DNA of 64,000 nucleotides from NCBI GenBank assembly GCA_950097015.1, contig CATNEN010000029.1, positions 2,418,001-2,482,000 of the forward strand. The letters are read 5' to 3'. This document shows positions 61,476 through 64,000 of the stretch, in pieces. This DNA is from Macrostomum hystrix. Its lineage: Eukaryota; Animalia; Platyhelminthes. The notes under the pieces were generated by a model. It searched no databases. It worked only from the letters and a program-made list of their open reading frames with translations, and was not told where the DNA came from. The position numbers and the translations under genes are program-made. Positions within the stretch are counted from its first letter, which is position 1, and every line of letters starts with the position of its first letter.

Positions 61476-62449
61476 TTTCCGCAGATCAGATAAAAATCAC
61501 ACTTTTACACCCGTAGTTACAAAACTTTACGAGTCTTCGGCGGCTAGCTTGCGCGCATGAAGTGTTTTTTAATTCTCGTTAGACAGTGAAAACGAAATCA
61601 AGCAAGCTGTGCTACAACTGACATCCAAAGCCTGGGTCCATGGTCTTAGAAAGGACCGGCTTCTTATCGCCGAGCCATATGCTTAACAAGGCTAAGCCTT
61701 TCACCTGAACAGCGATAGTTTTATGCTGTTCCGTCCAAGCTCGTTAGTGCAGATTGCAGTGGGCACAAGTGGGTGAGATGCCGCATTCAACTAAACACTA
61801 TCCGTAGAACAGAGCCGCTTCGGATAACTTTACAATTGCTGCGCCGAAAACTGATAGCTAAAAAAAGCGGAATTCTCTGTAGCTTGTTGTGCCGATACTG
61901 CCCAGGTTTCTTCGGCGAAAGCGAAACAAAAAAGTTGTTTGAAAACACAAAAACTTGATATTCGAGGATTTCCTTTTTGTTTTCGGCTCCGAAGATCAAC
62001 CCCGTATAGTGTCTGTGCCTCACTGCCCCTACATCCTTATGCCGTTGGGATTTGATAAGCATCGCTGATGGGGATAAAGGTAGCGGGAGGCCGCTGTAAC
62101 GCGACACCGTGTGGAAACATCCCATTTTTGCTTGTTAAACTTGGGAAGCCGCCAGAATTCAACAATTTGGGGAATGTGGCTGAATACGGTGTGTGTTAGT
62201 CCTGTTGCTGCTGCTGCCGCTACTGCTGCTGTAATCTGACAGCGTCTAGTGGCATCCCACAGACTTCCACTGGCTTCTTTCTCACTGATTTTTTATCTCT
62301 ATCTCCGTTTCTCCACCTCCAGATAGTCACTCTAAACATATCCTGGATCACACACCTTCATAGTTAACATTTCTGCCTCTCTCGTTATCTATCCGCACCA
62401 CTTCTATCCACATCGCTCTTCACCTCCTAACCAGTCTCCCTCATAATCA

Positions 62450-62860
62450 TTCTCAGCCCTCCATCTCTCCGCTCTCCCTCTCTCCGCCCTCCCTCTCTCC
62501 GCCCTCCCTCTCTCCGCCCTTCCTCTCTCCGCCTTTCCTCTCTCACCCCACCCTTTCTCCGCCCTCGCTCTCTCCGCCTTCGCTCTCTCCGCCCTCGCTC
62601 TCTCCCCCCTTCCTCTCTCCGCTATCCATTTCTCCACCCTCGCTCTCTCCAAAATTCCTCTCTCCACCCTCCCTTTCTCCGCCCTCGCTCTCTCCACCCT
62701 CGCTCTCTCCGCCCTCCCTTTCTCCGCTCTCGTTCTCTCCGCTCTTCCTCTCTCCGCCCTCTCACTCTCCGCTTTTCCTCTCTCCACCCTCCCTTTCTTC
62801 GCCCTCCCCCTCTCCGCTCTCCCTCTCTCCGCTCTCCCGCTCTCCCTCTCACTTTCCCTG
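62450..62860. repeat. Pyrimidine-rich ~15-bp repeat
   Basis: 'ctctccgccctc(g/c)ct' units; they explain the R/E/G pseudo-ORFs 62404 and 62622. Confidence 0.9.
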
Positions 62861-64000
62861 CCATCTGTCGGTGTAATTAATAACAGTACAATAACATGCC
62901 TCTATCTGACAAATAGTCAATCTAAGTAATAAAATTTGTATGTATTTTGCTGTTGTTTTCGAAACTGTTTGCTATTGCTATTGGACAGTTTTGTCGGCAA
63001 GTTAAAGGGCTAGTTTTTATGGTGGGTTGAGCTCTATAAATCTCTACCTGTGAAAGTAAAGAAGCGGTTTTCACTTAGCCCATCATAGAGATCCCCCATC
63101 ATAGAAGGCTGATGAAGCATTGTAAATCTTATCCCTGGTTGTTGGGTGGGCCAATGCAAAGATGCCGGCCTCCGATACTAACCCCGGTTCCCAATGGACT
63201 GTCCTCTCCCACAAAAATACCTAAGTTTGGTATTTTTAGGCTCCATGTGAGTGTGTCTCTTCCCACTTATCCCCACCTGGTTACACCCCACAGGCCCACT
63301 TGATCCGCCAAGCGACTAAAGAATATCAGAAGACAAGCTAACTGCGAATTGAACATTGAGAAAAATTGATTAGAATCTTGACAAAGTCTTGCGCAATAAC
63401 TTTCCTTAAGTTTTGAATTATTTCCTGCAAAAGAAGCGGATTTAGCTGCAAGTCCGGGTGACTGCGGGCTATAAATTTGAAACCCTCAATTTCTATTGCA
63501 AGTCGTAAATGATTAAAAAACTAATAACTCCGTTGCCAAGCAACACGGAAAACACGGAAGCGATGCGAGTCAAGTAGCTGTTATGGGGCATTATTATCAC
63601 GGCTTGCAGCCCTGTACGCGTGCTATAGAGTCGCGAATGCGAAAATAAATATATGGTATCCGGGGGGTGTCGAAACAAAGCAGCTATAGCACAAGTAAGA
63701 AATCAGAGGTAGAAATGGTAATTCGCGCGCACACACACACACCTGATGCAGTACCCGCTGCCTAAGACTTTTAGCATCCACCTGATAGTTCCGCCACCCC
63801 ACGCCATTATTTTACAGCCTTTTCTTATTAGGCGGCAGGTTTTGTGTGTGGCGGGCCATTTTTTTGCTACCGGATTACGATAGCTGCAAGACTGTGGGAC
63901 CGCGATTTAGATCGGTCATAAAGTAGTCATAAAGCAATGACCTAAGAACACCACAAATCCCTACGCCTAGCACCCAGCCTCCCAGCCTCCTCTCTCTCCA

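Noticed and set aside
61787-62125. First or LIM1 exon of Lhx2/9
   Set aside because: No LIM Cys/His pattern and no convincing splice donor in phase.

Overview
This is eukaryotic (metazoan) genomic DNA, not prokaryotic. It has GT-AG introns, GC-rich exons with CAG/polyQ tracts, some ~40-nt introns and many intronic minisatellites. The style resembles the flatworm Macrostomum, but that is inference only. Six multi-exon genes were rebuilt by hand from splice sites and reading phase: (1) tensin-like SH2-PTB protein (+, ~969-11836); (2) MFS transporter, MFSD4-like (+, 16188-24097); (3) glutaminase-fold protein with ankyrin repeats (+, 29344-33414); (4) CUPID-domain (FRMD4/CCDC120/INAVA-like) coiled-coil protein (+, ~36862-48692); (5) tubulin-tyrosine-ligase-like, TTLL10-like protein (+, 49775-54964); (6) Lhx2/9 (apterous) LIM-homeobox gene (-, 56397-60386, 5' part not found in the window). 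About 20 tandem arrays, three copies of a tRNA-derived SINE and one hAT-type terminus are also present. The main highlights are two apparent pseudoenzymes. The glutaminase homolog has lost the catalytic S-x-x-K motif (QSCxKP -> QDCSQP) and most substrate-binding residues while keeping fold and ankyrins. The TTLL homolog has lost the E-x-N metal ligands. A ~165-bp-arm diverged inverted repeat lies just after the MFS stop codon. Most long ORFs in the supplied track are artefacts of tandem repeats or antisense polyQ. Residue comparisons are from remembered consensus sequences; no searches were run.
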